Origin: Balanoglossus misakiensis
Taxonomy: Eukaryota; Animalia; Hemichordata
NCBI GenBank assembly: GCA_040954595.2
Contig: CM082591.2
Location: 919,882-983,881 of the forward strand
DNA: 64,000 nt
Direction of reading: 5' to 3'
Shown: positions 33,701-48,700 of the stretch, in pieces
Numbering within the stretch: position 1 is the stretch's first letter
How the letters are laid out: each line of letters begins with the position of its first letter
Position numbers and translations under genes: made by a program
The notes under the pieces: generated by a model
What the model saw: the letters and a program-made list of their open reading frames with translations, nothing else
Told to the model about the DNA's origin: nothing
Databases searched by the model: none

Positions 33701-36700
33701 GCAAAGTCGAAAAATCCTCGATTTTTGAAGATTTTCCTGAGCTATAACCCATGATTTTTTCAAAAAATGACCAAATTTTGAAAATTCGCAAAGTCGAAAA
33801 ATCCTCGATTTTTGAAGATTTTCCTGAGCTATAACCCATGATTTTTTCAAAAAATGACCAAATTTCGAAAGTTCGCAAAGTCGAAAAATCGTCGATTTTT
33901 GAAGATTTTCCTGAGCTATAACCCATGATTTTTTCAAAAAATGACCAAATTTCGAAAGTTCGCAAAGTCGAAAAATCCTCGATTTTTGAAGATTTTCCTG
34001 AGCTATAACCCATGATTTTTTCAAAAAATGACCAAATTTCGAAAGTTCGCAAAGTCGAAAAATCCTCGATTTTTGAAGATTTTCCTGAGCTATAACCCAT
34101 GATTTTTTCAAAAAATGACCAAATTTCGAAAAGTCGCAAAGTCGAAAAATCCTCGATTTTTGAAGATTTTCCTGAGCTATAACCCATGATTTTTTCAAAA
34201 AATGACCAAATTTCGAAAATTCGCAAAGTCGAAAAATCCTCGATTTTTGAAGATTTTCCTGAGCTATAACCCATGATTTTTTCAAAAAATGACCAAATTT
34301 CGAAAGTTCCCAAAGTCGAAAAATCGTCGATTTTTGAAGATTTTCCTGAGCTATAACCCATGATTTTTTCAAAAAATGAACAAATTTCGAAAATTCGCAA
34401 AGTCGAAAAATCCTCGATTTTTGAAGATTTTCCTGAGCTATAACCCATGATTTTTTCAAAAAATGACCAAATTTCGAAAATTCGCAAAGTCGAAAAATCC
34501 TAGATTTTTGAAGATTTTCCTGAGCTATAACCCATGATTTTTTCAAAAAATGACCAAATTTCGAAAGTTCGCAAAGTCGAAAAATCCTCGATTTTTGAAG
34601 ATTTTCCTGAGCTATAACCCATGATTTTTTCAAAAAATGACCAAATTTCGAAAGTTCGCAAAGTCGAAAAATCCTCGATTTTTGAAGATTTTCCTGAGCT
34701 ATAACCCATGATTTTTTCAAAAAATGACCAAATTTCGAAAATTCGCAAAGTCGAAAAATCCTCGATTTTTGAAGATTTTCCTGAGCTATAACCCATGATT
34801 TTTTCAAAAAATGACCAAATTTCGAAAAGTCGCAAAGTCGAAAAATCCTCGATTTTTGAAGATTTTCCTGAGCTATAACCCATGATTTTTTCAAAAAATG
34901 ACCAAATTTCGAAAATTCGCAAAGTCGAAAAATCCTCGATTTTTGAAGATTTTCCTGAGCTATAACCCATGATTTTTTCAAAAAATGACCAAATTTCGAA
35001 AGTTCGCAAAGTCGAAAAATCCTCGATTTTTGAAGATTTTCCTGAGCTATAACCCATGATTTTTTCAAAAGATGACCAAATTTCGAAAATTCGCAAAGTC
35101 GAAAAATCCTCGATTTTTGAAGATTTTCCTGAGCTATAACCCATGATTTTTTCAAAAAATGACCAAATTTCGAAAGTTCGCAAAGTCGAAAAATCCTCGA
35201 TTTTTGAAGATTTTCCTGAGCTATAACCCATGATTTTTTCAAAAAATGACCAAATTTCGAAAGTTCGCAAAGTCGAAAAATCCTCGATTTTTGAAGATTT
35301 TCCTGAGCTATAACCCATGATTTTTTCAAAAAATGACCAAATTTCGAAAGTTCGCAAAGTCGAAAAATCCTCGATTTTTGAAGATTTTCCTGAGCTATAA
35401 CCCATGATTTTTTCAAAAAATGACCAAATTTCGAAAATTCGCAAAGTCGAAAAATCCTCGATTTTTGAAGATTTTCCTGAGCTATAACCCATGATTTTTT
35501 CAAAAAATGACCAAATTTCGAAAAGTCGCAAAGTCGAAAAATCCTCGATTTTTGAAGATTTTCCTGAGCTATAACCCATGATTTTTTCAAAAAATGACCA
35601 AATTTCGAAAATTCGCAAAGTCGAAAAATCCTCGATTTTTGAAGATTTTCCTGAGCTATAACCCATGATTTTTTCAAAAAATGACCAAATTTCGAAAGTT
35701 CGCAAAGTCGAAAAATCCTCGATTTTTGAAGATTTTCCTGAGCTATAACCCATGATTTTTTCAAAAAATGACCAATTTTCGAAAGTTCGCAAAGTCGAAA
35801 AATCCTCGATTTTTGAAGATTTTCCTGAGCTATAACCCATGATTTTTTCAAAAAATGACCAAATTTCGAAATTTCGCAAAGTCGAAAAATCCTCGATTTT
35901 TGAAGATTTTCCTGAGCTATAACCCATGATTTTTTCAAAAAATGACCAAATTTCGAAAGTTCGCAAAGTCGAAAAATCCTCGATTTTTGAAGATTTTCCT
36001 GAGCTATAACCCATGATTTTTTCAAAAAATGACCAAATTTCGAAAGTTCGCAAAGTCGAAAAATCCTCGATTTTTGAAGATTTTCCTGAGCTATAACCCA
36101 TGATTTTTTCAAAAAATGACCAATTTTCGAAAGTTCGCAAAGTCGAAAAATCGTCGATTTTTGAAGATTTTCCTGAGCTATAACCCATGATTTTTTCAAA
36201 AAATGACCAAATTTCGAAAATTCGCAAAATCGAAAAATCCTCGATTTTTGAAGATTTTCCTGAGCTATAACCCATGATTTTTTCAAAAAATGACCAAATT
36301 TCGAAAGTTCGCAAAGTCGAAAAATCCTCGATTTTTGAAGATTTTCCTGAGCTATAACCCATGATTTTTTCAAAAAATGACCAAATTTCGAAAATTCGCA
36401 AAGACGAAAAATCCTCGATTTTTGAAGATTTTCCTGAGCTATAACCCATGATTTTTTCAAAAAATGACCAAATTTCGAAAATTCGCAAAGTCGAAAAATC
36501 CTCGATTTTTGAAGATTTTCCTGAGCTATAACCCATGATTTTTTCAAAAAATGACCAAATTTCGAAAATTCGCAAAGTCGAAAAATCCTCGATTTTTGAA
36601 GATTTTCCTGAGCTATAACCCATGATTTTTTCAAAAAATGACCAAATTTCGAAATTTCGCAAAGTCGAAAAATCCTCGATTTTTGAAGATTTTCCTGAGC

Positions 36701-39700
36701 TATAACCCATGATTTTTTCAAAAAATGACCAAATTTCGAAAATTCGCAAAGTCGAAAAATCCTCGATTTTTGAAGATTTTCCTGAGCTATAACCCATGAT
36801 TTTTTCAAAAAAAGACCAAATTTCGAAAATTCGCAAAGTCGAAAAATCCTCGATTTTTGAAGATTTTCCTGAGCTATAACCCATGATTTTTTCAAAAAAT
36901 GACCAAATTTCGAAAGTTCGCAAAGTCGAAAAATCCTCGATTTTTCAACATTTTCCTGAGCTATAACCCATGATTTTTTCAAAAAATGACCATTTTTCGA
37001 AAGTTCGCAAAGTCGAAAAATCCTCGATTTTTGAAGATTTTCCTGAGCTATAACCCATGATTTTTTCAAAAAATGACCAAATTTCGAAAGTTCGCAAAGT
37101 CGAAAAATCCTCGATTTTTGAAGATTTTCCTGAGCTATAACCCATGATTTTTTCAAAAAATGACCAAATTTCGAAATTTCGCAAAGTCGAAAAATCCTCG
37201 ATTTTTGAAGATTTTCCTGAGCTATAACCCATGTTTTTTTCAAAAAATGACCAAATTTCGAAAATTCGCAAAGTCGAAAAATCCTCGATTTTTGAAGATT
37301 TTCCGGAGCTATAACCCATGATTTTTTCAAAAAATGACCAAATTTTGAAAATTCGCAAAGTCGAAAAATCCTCGATTTTTGAAGATTTTCCGGAGCTATA
37401 ACCCATGATTTTTTCAAAAAATGACCAAATTTCGAAAATTCGCAAAGACGAAAAATCCTCGATTTTTGAAGATTTTCCTGAGCTATAACCCATGATTTTT
37501 TCAAAAAATGACCAAATTTCGAAAATTCGCAAAGTCGAAAAATCCTCGATTTTTGAAGATTTTCCTGAGCTATAACCCATGATTTTTTCAAAAAATGACC
37601 AAATTTCGAAATTTCGCAAAGTCGAAAAATCCTCGATTTTTGAAGATTTTCCTGAGCTATAACCCATGATTTTTTCAAAAAATGACCAAATTTCGAAAAT
37701 TCGCAAAGTCGAAAAATCCTCGATTTTTGAAGATTTTCCTGAGCTATAACCCATGATTTTTTCAAAAAAAGACCAAATTTCGAAAATTCGCAAAGTCGAA
37801 AAATCCTCGATTTTTGAAGATTTTCCTGAGCTATAACCCATGATTTTTTCAAAAAATGACCAAATTTCGAAAATTCGCAAAGTCGAAAAATCCTCGATTT
37901 TTGAAGATTTTCCTGAGCTATAACCCATGATTTTTTCAAAAAATGACCAAATTTCGAAAATTCGCAAAGTCGAAAAATCCTCGATTTTTGAAGATTTTCC
38001 TGAGCTATAACCCATGATTTTTTCAAAAAATGACCAAATTTCGAAAATTCGCAAAGTCGAAAAATCCTCGATTTCTGAAGATTTTCCTGAGCTATAACCC
38101 ATGATTTTTTCAAAAAATGACCAAATTTCGAAAATTCGCAAAGTCGAAAATTCCTCGATTTTTGAAGATTTTCCTGAGCTATAACCCATGATTTTTTCAA
38201 AAAATGACCAAATTTCGAAAATTCTCAAAGTCGAAAAATCCTCGATTTTTGAAGATTTTCCTGAGCTATAACCCATGATTTTTTCAAAAAATGACCAAAT
38301 TTCGAAAGTTCTCAAAGTCGAAAAATCCTCGATTTTTGAAGATTTTCCTGAGCTATAACCCATGATTTTTTCAAAAAATGACCAAATTTCGAAAGTTCGC
38401 AAAGTCGAAAAATCCTCGATTTTTGAAGATTTTCCTGAGCTATAACCCATGATTTTTTCAAAAAATGACCAATTTTCGAAAGTTCGCAAAGTCGAAAAAT
38501 CCTGGATTTTTGAAGATTTTCCTGAGCTATAACCCATGATTTTTTCAAAAAATGACCAAATTTCGAAAGTTCGCAAAGTCGAAAAATCCTCGATTTTTGA
38601 AGATTTTCCTGAGCTATAACCCATGATTTTTTCAAAAAATGACCAAATTTCGAAAGTTCGCAAAGTCGAAAAATCCTCGCTTTTTGAAGATTTTCCTGAG
38701 CTATAACCCATGATTTTTTCAAAAAATGACCAAATTTCGAAAGTTCGCAAAGTCGAAAAATCCTCGATTTTTCAACATTTTCCTGAGCTATAACCCATGA
38801 TTTTTTCAAAAAATGACCATTTTTCGAAAGTTCGCAAAGTCGAAAAATCCTCGATTTTTGAAGATTTTCCTGAGCTATAACCCATGATTTTTTCAAAAAA
38901 TGACCAAATTTCGAAAGTTCGCAAAGTCGAAAAATCCTCGATTTTTGAAGATTTTCCTGAGCTATAACCCATGATTTTTTCAAAAAATGACCAAATTTCG
39001 AAATTTCGCAAAGTCGAAAAATCCTCGATTTTTGAAGATTTTCCTGAGCTATAACCCATGATTTTTTCAAAAAATGACCAAATTTCGAAAATTCGCAAAG
39101 TCGAAAAATCCTCGATTTTTGAAGATTTTCCTGAGCTATAACCCATGATTTTTTCAAAAAAAGACCAAATTTCGAAAGTTCGCAAAGTCGAAAAATCCTC
39201 GATTTTTGAAGATTTTCCTGAGCTATAACCCATGATTTTTTCAAAAAATGACCAAATTTCGAAAGTTCGCAAAGTCGAAAAATCCTCGATTTTTGAAGAT
39301 TTTCCTGAGCTATAACCCATGATTTTTTCAAAAAATGACCAAATTTCGAAAATTCGCAAAGTCGAAAAATCCTCGATTTTTGAAGATTTTCCTGAGCTAT
39401 AACCCATGATTTTTTCAAAAAATGACCAAATTTCGAAAATTCGCAAAGTCGAAAAATCCTCGATTTTTGAAGATTTTCCTGAGCTATAACCCATGATTTT
39501 TTCAAAAAATGACCAAATTTCGAAAATTCGCAAAGTCGAAAAATCCTCGATTTTTGAAGATTTTCCTGAGCTATAACCCATGATTTTTTCAAAAAATGAC
39601 CAAATTTCGAAAATTCGCAAAGTCGAAAAATCCTCGATTTTTGAAGATTTTCCGGAGCTATAACCCATGATTTTTTCAAAAAATGACCAAATTTCGAAAA

Positions 39701-42700
39701 TTCGCAAAGTCGAAAAATCCTCGATTTTTGAAGATTTTCCTGAGCTATAACCCATGATTTTTTCAAAAAATGACCAAATTTCGAAAATTCGCAAAGTCGA
39801 AAAATCCTCGATTTTTGAAGATTTTCCTGAGCTATAACCCATGATTTTTTCAAAAAATGACCAAATTTCGAAAGTTCGCAAAGTCGAAAAATCCTCGATT
39901 TTTGAAGATTTTCCTGAGCTATAACCCATGATTTTTTCAAAAAATGACCAATTTTCGAAAGTTCGCAAAGTCGAAAAATCCTCGATTTTTGAAGATTTTC
40001 CTGAGCTATAACCCATGATTTTTTCAAAAAATGACCAAATTTCGAAAGTTCGCAAAGTCGAAAAATCCTCGATTTTTGAAGATTTTCCTGAGCTATAACC
40101 CATGATTTTTTCAAAAAATGACCAAATTTCGAAAGTTCGCAAAGTCGAAAAATCCTCGATTTTTGAAGATTTTCCTGAGCTATAGCCCATGATTTTTTCA
40201 AAAAATGACCAAATTTCGAAAATTCGCAAAGTCGAAAAATCCTCGATTTTTGAAGATTTTCATGAGCTATAACCCATGATTTTTTCAAAAAATGACCAAA
40301 TTTCGAAAATTCGCAAAGTCGAAAAATCCTCGATTTTTGAAGATTTTCCTGAGCTATAACCCATGATTTTTTCAAAAAATGACCAAATTTCGAAAATTCG
40401 CAAAGTCGAAAAATCCTCGATTTTTGAAGATTTTCATGAGCTATAACCCATGATTTTTTCAAAAAATGACCAAATTCCGAAAATTCGCAAAGTCGAAAAA
40501 TCCTCGATTTTTGAAGATTTTCCTGAGCTATAACCCATGATTTTTTCAAAAAATGACCAAATTTCGAAAATTCGCAAAGTCGAAAAATCCTCGATTTTTG
40601 AAGATTTTCCTGAGCTATAACCCATGATTTTTTCAAAAAATGACCAAATTTCGAAAATTCGCAAAGTCGAAAAATCCTCGATTTTTGAAGATTTTCCTGA
40701 GCTATAACCCATGATTTTTTCAAAAAATGACCAAATTTCGAAAATTCGCAAAGTCGAAAAATCCTCGATTTTTGAAGATTTTCCTGAGCTATAACCCATG
40801 ATTTTTTCAAAAAATGACCAAATTTCGAAAATTCGCAAAGTCGAAAAATCCTCGATTTTTGAAGATTTTCCTGAGCTATAACCCATGATTTTTTCAAAAA
40901 ATGACCAAATTTCGAAAAGTCGCAAAGTCGAAAAATCCTCGATTTTTGAAGATTTTCCTGAGCTATAACCCATGATTTTTTCAAAAAATGACCAAATTTC
41001 GAAAATTCGCAAAGTCGAAAAATCCTCGATTTTTGAAGATTTTCCTGAGCTATAACCCATGATTTTTTCAAAAAATGACCAAATTTCGAAAGTTCGCAAA
41101 GTCGAAAAATCCTCGATTTTTGAAGATTTTCCTGAGCTATAACCCATGATTTTTTCAAAAAATGACCAATTTTCGAAAGTTCGCAAAGTCGAAAAATCCT
41201 CGATTTTTGAAGATTTTCCTGAGCTATAACCCATGATTTTTTCAAAAAATGACCAAATTTCGAAATTTCGCAAAGTCGAAAAATCCTCGATTTTTGAAGA
41301 TTTTCCTGAGCTATAACCCATGATTTTTTCAAAAAATGACCAAATTTCGAAAGTTCGCAAAGTCGAAAAATCCTCGATTTTTGAAGATTTTCCTGAGCTA
41401 TAACCCATGATTTTTTCAAAAAATGACCAAATTTCGAAAGTTCGCAAAGTCGAAAAATCCTCGATTTTTGAAGATTTTCCTGAGCTATAACCCATGATTT
41501 TTTCAAAAAATGACCAATTTTCGAAAGTTCGCAAAGTCGAAAAATCGTCGATTTTTGAAGATTTTCCTGAGCTATAACCCATGATTTTTTCAAAAAATGA
41601 CCAAATTTCGAAAATTCGCAAAATCGAAAAATCCTCGATTTTTGAAGATTTTCCTGAGCTATAACCCATGATTTTTTCAAAAAATGACCAAATTTCGAAA
41701 GTTCGCAAAGTCGAAAAATCCTCGATTTTTGAAGATTTTCCTGAGCTATAACCCATGATTTTTTCAAAAAATGACCAAATTTCGAAAATTCGCAAAGACG
41801 AAAAATCCTCGATTTTTGAAGATTTTCCTGAGCTATAACCCATGATTTTTTCAAAAAATGACCAAATTTCGAAAATTCGCAAAGTCGAAAAATCCTCGAT
41901 TTTTGAAGATTTTCCTGAGCTATAACCCATGATTTTTTCAAAAAATGACCAAATTTCGAAAATTCGCAAAGTCGAAAAATCCTCGATTTTTGAAGATTTT
42001 CCTGAGCTATAACCCATGATTTTTTCAAAAAATGACCAAATTTCGAAATTTCGCAAAGTCGAAAAATCCTCGATTTTTGAAGATTTTCCTGAGCTATAAC
42101 CCATGATTTTTTCAAAAAATGACCAAATTTCGAAAATTCGCAAAGTCGAAAAATCCTCGATTTTTGAAGATTTTCCTGAGCTATAACCCATGATTTTTTC
42201 AAAAAAAGACCAAATTTCGAAAATTCGCAAAGTCGAAAAATCCTCGATTTTTGAAGATTTTCCTGAGCTATAACCCATGATTTTTTCAAAAAATGACCAA
42301 ATTTCGAAAGTTCGCAAAGTCGAAAAATCCTCGATTTTTCAACATTTTCCTGAGCTATAACCCATGATTTTTTCAAAAAATGACCATTTTTCGAAAGTTC
42401 GCAAAGTCGAAAAATCCTCGATTTTTGAAGATTTTCCTGAGCTATAACCCATGATTTTTTCAAAAAATGACCAAATTTCGAAAGTTCGCAAAGTCGAAAA
42501 ATCCTCGATTTTTGAAGATTTTCCTGAGCTATAACCCATGATTTTTTCAAAAAATGACCAAATTTCGAAATTTCGCAAAGTCGAAAAATCCTCGATTTTT
42601 GAAGATTTTCCTGAGCTATAACCCATGATTTTTTCAAAAAATGACCAAATTTTGAAAATTCGCAAAGTCGAAAAATCCTCGATTTTTGAAGATTTTCCGG

Positions 42701-45700
42701 AGCTATAACCCATGATTTTTTCAAAAAATGACCAAATTTCGAAAATTCGCAAAGACGAAAAATCCTCGATTTTTGAAGATTTTCCTGAGCTATAACCCAT
42801 GATTTTTTCAAAAAATGACCAAATTTCGAAAATTCGCAAAGTCGAAAAATCCTCGATTTTTGAAGATTTTCCTGAGCTATAACCCATGATTTTTTCAAAA
42901 AATGACCAAATTTCGAAATTTCGCAAAGTCGAAAAATCCTCGATTTTTGAAGATTTTCCTGAGCTATAACCCATGATTTTTTCAAAAAATGACCAAATTT
43001 CGAAAGTTCGCAAAGTCGAAAAATCCTCGATTTTTGAAGATTTTCCTGAGCTATAACCCATGATTTTTTCAAAAAATGACCAATTTTCGAAAGTTCGCAA
43101 AGTCGAAAAATCCTGGATTTTTGAAGATTTTCCTGAGCTATAACCCATGATTTTTTCAAAAAATGACCAAATTTCGAAAGTTCGCAAAGTCGAAAAATCC
43201 TCGATTTTTGAAGATTTTCCTGAGCTATAACCCATGATTTTTTCAAAAAATGACCAAATTTCGAAAGTTCGCAAAGTCGAAAAATCCTCGCTTTTTGAAG
43301 ATTTTCCTGAGCTATAACCCATGATTTTTTCAAAAAATGACCAAATTTCGAAAGTTCGCAAAGTCGAAAAATCCTCGATTTTTCAACATTTTCCTGAGCT
43401 ATAACCCATGATTTTTTCAAAAAATGACCATTTTTCGAAAGTTCGCAAAGTCGAAAAATCCTCGATTTTTGAAGATTTTCCTGAGCTATAACCCATGATT
43501 TTTTCAAAAAATGACCAAATTTCGAAAGTTCGCAAAGTCGAAAAATCCTCGATTTTTGAAGATTTTCCTGAGCTATAACCCATGATTTTTTCAAAAAATG
43601 ACCAAATTTCGAAATTTCGCAAAGTCGAAAAATCCTCGATTTTTGAAGATTTTCCTGAGCTATAACCCATGATTTTTTCAAAAAATGACCAAATTTCGAA
43701 AATTCGCAAAGTCGAAAAATCCTCGATTTTTGAAGATTTTCCTGAGCTATAACCCATGATTTTTTCAAAAAAAGACCAAATTTCGAAAGTTCGCAAAGTC
43801 GAAAAATCCTCGATTTTTGAAGATTTTCCTGAGCTATAACCCATGATTTTTTCAAAAAATGACCAAATTTCGAAAGTTCGCAAAGTCGAAAAATCCTCGA
43901 TTTTTGAAGATTTTCCTGAGCTATAACCCATGATTTTTTCAAAAAATGACCAAATTTCGAAAATTCGCAAAGTCGAAAAATCCTCGATTTTTGAAGATTT
44001 TCCTGAGCTATAACCCATGATTTTTTCAAAAAATGACCAAATTTCGAAAATTCGCAAAGTCGAAAAATCCTCGATTTTTGAAGATTTTCCTGAGCTATAA
44101 CCCATGATTTTTTCAAAAAATGACCAAATTTCGAAAATTCGCAAAGTCGAAAAATCCTCGATTTTTGAAGATTTTCCTGAGCTATAACCCATGATTTTTT
44201 CAAAAAATGACCAAATTTCGAAAATTCGCAAAGTCGAAAAATCCTCGATTTTTGAAGATTTTCCGGAGCTATAACCCATGATTTTTTCAAAAAATGACCA
44301 AATTTCGAAAATTCGCAAAGTCGACAAATCCTCGATTTTTGAAGATTTTCCTGAGCTATAACCCATGATTTTTTCAAAAAATGACCAAATTTCGAAAATT
44401 CGCAAAGTCGAAAAATCCTCGATTTTTGAAGATTTTCCTGAGCTATAACCCATGATTTTTTCAAAAAATGACCAAATTTCGAAAGTTCGCAAAGTCGAAA
44501 AATCCTCGATTTTTGAAGATTTTCCTGAGCTATAACCCATGATTTTTTCAAAAAATGACCAATTTTCGAAAGTTCGCAAAGTCGAAAAATCCTCGATTTT
44601 TGAAGATTTTCCTGAGCTATAACCCATGATTTTTTCAAAAAATGACCAAATTTCGAAAGTTCGCAAAGTCGAAAAATCCTCGATTTTTGAAGATTTTCCT
44701 GAGCTATAACCCATGATTTTTTCAAAAAATGACCAAATTTCGAAAGTTCGCAAAGTCGAAAAATCCTCGATTTTTGAAGATTTTCCTGAGCTATAGCCCA
44801 TGATTTTTTCAAAAAATGACCAAATTTCGAAAATTCGCAAAGTCGAAAAATCCTCGATTTTTGAAGATTTTCATGAGCTATAACCCATGATTTTTTCAAA
44901 AAATGACCAAATTTCGAAAATTCGCAAAGTCGAAAAATCCTCGATTTTTGAAGATTTTCCTGAGCTATAACCCATGATTTTTTCAAAAAATGACCAAATT
45001 TCGAAAATTCGCAAAGTCGAAAAATCCTCGATTTTTGAAGATTTTCATGAGCTATAACCCATGATTTTTTCAAAAAATGACCAAATTCCGAAAATTCGCA
45101 AAGTCGAAAAATCCTCGATTTTTGAAGATTTTCCTGAGCTATAACCCATGATTTTTTCAAAAAATGACCAAATTTCGAAAATTCGCAAAGTCGAAAAATC
45201 CTCGATTTTTGAAGATTTTCCTGAGCTATAACCCATGATTTTTTCAAAAAATGACCAAATTTCGAAAATTCGCAAAGTCGAAAAATCCTCGATTTTTGAA
45301 GATTTTCCTGAGCTATAACCCATGATTTTTTCAAAAAATGACCAAATTTCGAAAATTCGCAAAGTCGAAAAATCCTCGATTTTTGAAGATTTTCCTGAGC
45401 TATAACCCATGATTTTTTCAAAAAATGACCAAATTTCGAAAATTCGCAAAGTCGAAAAATCCTCGATTTTTGAAGATTTTCCTGAGCTATAACCCATGAT
45501 TTTTTCAAAAAATGACCAAATTTCGAAAATTCGCAAAGTCGAAAAATCCTCGATTTTTGAAGATTTTCCTGAGCTATAACCCATGATTTTTTCAAAAAAT
45601 GACCAAATTTCGAAAATTCGCAAAGTCGAAAAATCCTCGATTTTTGAAGATTTTCCTGAGCTATAACCCATGATTTTTTCAAAAAATGACCAAATTTCGA

Positions 45701-48700
45701 AAATTCGCAAAGTCGAAAAATCCTCGATTTTTGAAGATTTTCCTGAGCTATAACCCATGATTTTTTCAAAAAATGACCAAATTTCGAAAATTCGCAAAGT
45801 CGAAAAATCGTCGATTTTTCAACATTTTCCTGAGCTATAACCCATGGTTTTTTCAAAAAATGACCAAATTTCGAAAATTCGCAAAGTCGAAAAATCGTCG
45901 ATTTTTCAACATTTTCCTGAGCTATAACCCATGGATTTTTCAAAAAATGACCAAATTTCGAAAATTCGCAAAGTCGAAAAATCCTCGATTTTTGAAGATT
46001 TTCCTGAGCTATAACCCATGATTTTTTCAAAAAATGACCAAATTTCGAAAATTCGCAAAGTCGAAAAATCGTCGATTTTTCAACATTTTCCTGAGCTATA
46101 ACCCATGGTTTTTTCAAAAAATGACCAAATTTCGAAAATTCGCAAAGTCGAAAAATCCTCGATTTTTCAACATTTTCCTGAGCTATAACCCATGATTTTT
46201 TTCAAAAAATGACCAAATTTCGAAAATTCGCAAAGTCGAAAAATCCTCGATTTTTGAAGATTTTCCTGAGCTATAACCCATGATTTTTTCAAAAAATGAC
46301 CAAATTTCGAAAGTTCGCAAAGTCGAAAAATCCTCGATTTTTCAACATTTTCCTGAGCTATAACCCATGATTTTTTCAAAAAATGACCATTTTTCGAAAG
46401 TTCGCAAAGTCGAAAAATCCTCGATTTTTGAAGATTTTCCTGAGCTATAACCCATGATTTTTTCAAAAAATGACCAAATTTCGAAAGTTCGCAAAGTCGA
46501 AAAATCCTCGATTTTTGAAGATTTTCCTGAGCTATAACCCATGATTTTTTCAAAAAATGACCAAATTTCGAAATTTCGCAAAGTCGAAAAATCCTCGATT
46601 TTTGAAGATTTTCCTGAGCTATAACCCATGTTTTTTTCAAAAAATGACCAAATTTCGAAAATTCGCAAAGTCGAAAAATCCTCGATTTTTGAAGATTTTC
46701 CGGAGCTATAACCCATGATTTTTTCAAAAAATGACCAAATTTTGAAAATTCGCAAAGTCGAAAAATCCTCGATTTTTGAAGATTTTCCGGAGCTATAACC
46801 CATGATTTTTTCAAAAAATGACCAAATTTCGAAAATTCGCAAAGACGAAAAATCCTCGATTTTTGAAGATTTTCCTGAGCTATAACCCATGATTTTTTCA
46901 AAAAATGACCAAATTTCGAAAATTCGCAAAGTCGAAAAATCCTCGATTTTTGAAGATTTTCCTGAGCTATAACCCATGATTTTTTCAAAAAATGACCAAA
47001 TTTCGAAATTTCGCAAAGTCGAAAAATCCTCGATTTTTGAAGATTTTCCTGAGCTATAACCCATGATTTTTTCAAAAAATGACCAAATTTCGAAAATTCG
47101 CAAAGTCGAAAAATCCTCGATTTTTGAAGATTTTCCTGAGCTATAACCCATGATTTTTTCAAAAAAAGACCAAATTTCGAAAATTCGCAAAGTCGAAAAA
47201 TCCTCGATTTTTGAAGATTTTCCTGAGCTATAACCCATGATTTTTTCAAAAAATGACCAAATTTCGAAAATTCGCAAAGTCGAAAAATCCTCGATTTTTG
47301 AAGATTTTCCTGAGCTATAACCCATGATTTTTTCAAAAAATGACCAAATTTCGAAAATTCGCAAAGTCGAAAAATCCTCGATTTTTGAAGATTTTCCTGA
47401 GCTATAACCCATGATTTTTTCAAAAAATGACCAAATTTCGAAAATTCGCAAAGTCGAAAAATCCTCGATTTCTGAAGATTTTCCTGAGCTATAACCCATG
47501 ATTTTTTCAAAAAATGACCAAATTTCGAAAATTCGCAAAGTCGAAAATTCCTCGATTTTTGAAGATTTTCCTGAGCTATAACCCATGATTTTTTCAAAAA
47601 ATGACCAAATTTCGAAAATTCTCAAAGTCGAAAAATCCTCGATTTTTGAAGATTTTCCTGAGCTATAACCCATGATTTTTTCAAAAAATGACCAAATTTC
47701 GAAAGTTCTCAAAGTCGAAAAATCCTCGATTTTTGAAGATTTTCCTGAGCTATAACCCATGATTTTTTCAAAAAATGACCAAATTTCGAAAGTTCGCAAA
47801 GTCGAAAAATCCTCGATTTTTGAAGATTTTCCTGAGCTATAACCCATGATTTTTTCAAAAAATGACCAATTTTCGAAAGTTCGCAAAGTCGAAAAATCCT
47901 GGATTTTTGAAGATTTTCCTGAGCTATAACCCATGATTTTTTCAAAAAATGACCAAATTTCGAAAGTTCGCAAAGTCGAAAAATCCTCGATTTTTGAAGA
48001 TTTTCCTGAGCTATAACCCATGATTTTTTCAAAAAATGACCAAATTTCGAAAGTTCGCAAAGTCGAAAAATCCTCGCTTTTTGAAGATTTTCCTGAGCTA
48101 TAACCCATGATTTTTTCAAAAAATGACCAAATTTCGAAAGTTCGCAAAGTCGAAAAATCCTCGATTTTTCAACATTTTCCTGAGCTATAACCCATGATTT
48201 TTTCAAAAAATGACCATTTTTCGAAAGTTCGCAAAGTCGAAAAATCCTCGATTTTTGAAGATTTTCCTGAGCTATAACCCATGATTTTTTCAAAAAATGA
48301 CCAAATTTCGAAAGTTCGCAAAGTCGAAAAATCCTCGATTTTTGAAGATTTTCCTGAGCTATAACCCATGATTTTTTCAAAAAATGACCAAATTTCGAAA
48401 TTTCGCAAAGTCGAAAAATCCTCGATTTTTGAAGATTTTCCTGAGCTATAACCCATGATTTTTTCAAAAAATGACCAAATTTCGAAAATTCGCAAAGTCG
48501 AAAAATCCTCGATTTTTGAAGATTTTCCTGAGCTATAACCCATGATTTTTTCAAAAAAAGACCAAATTTCGAAAGTTCGCAAAGTCGAAAAATCCTCGAT
48601 TTTTGAAGATTTTCCTGAGCTATAACCCATGATTTTTTCAAAAAATGACCAAATTTCGAAAGTTCGCAAAGTCGAAAAATCCTCGATTTTTGAAGATTTT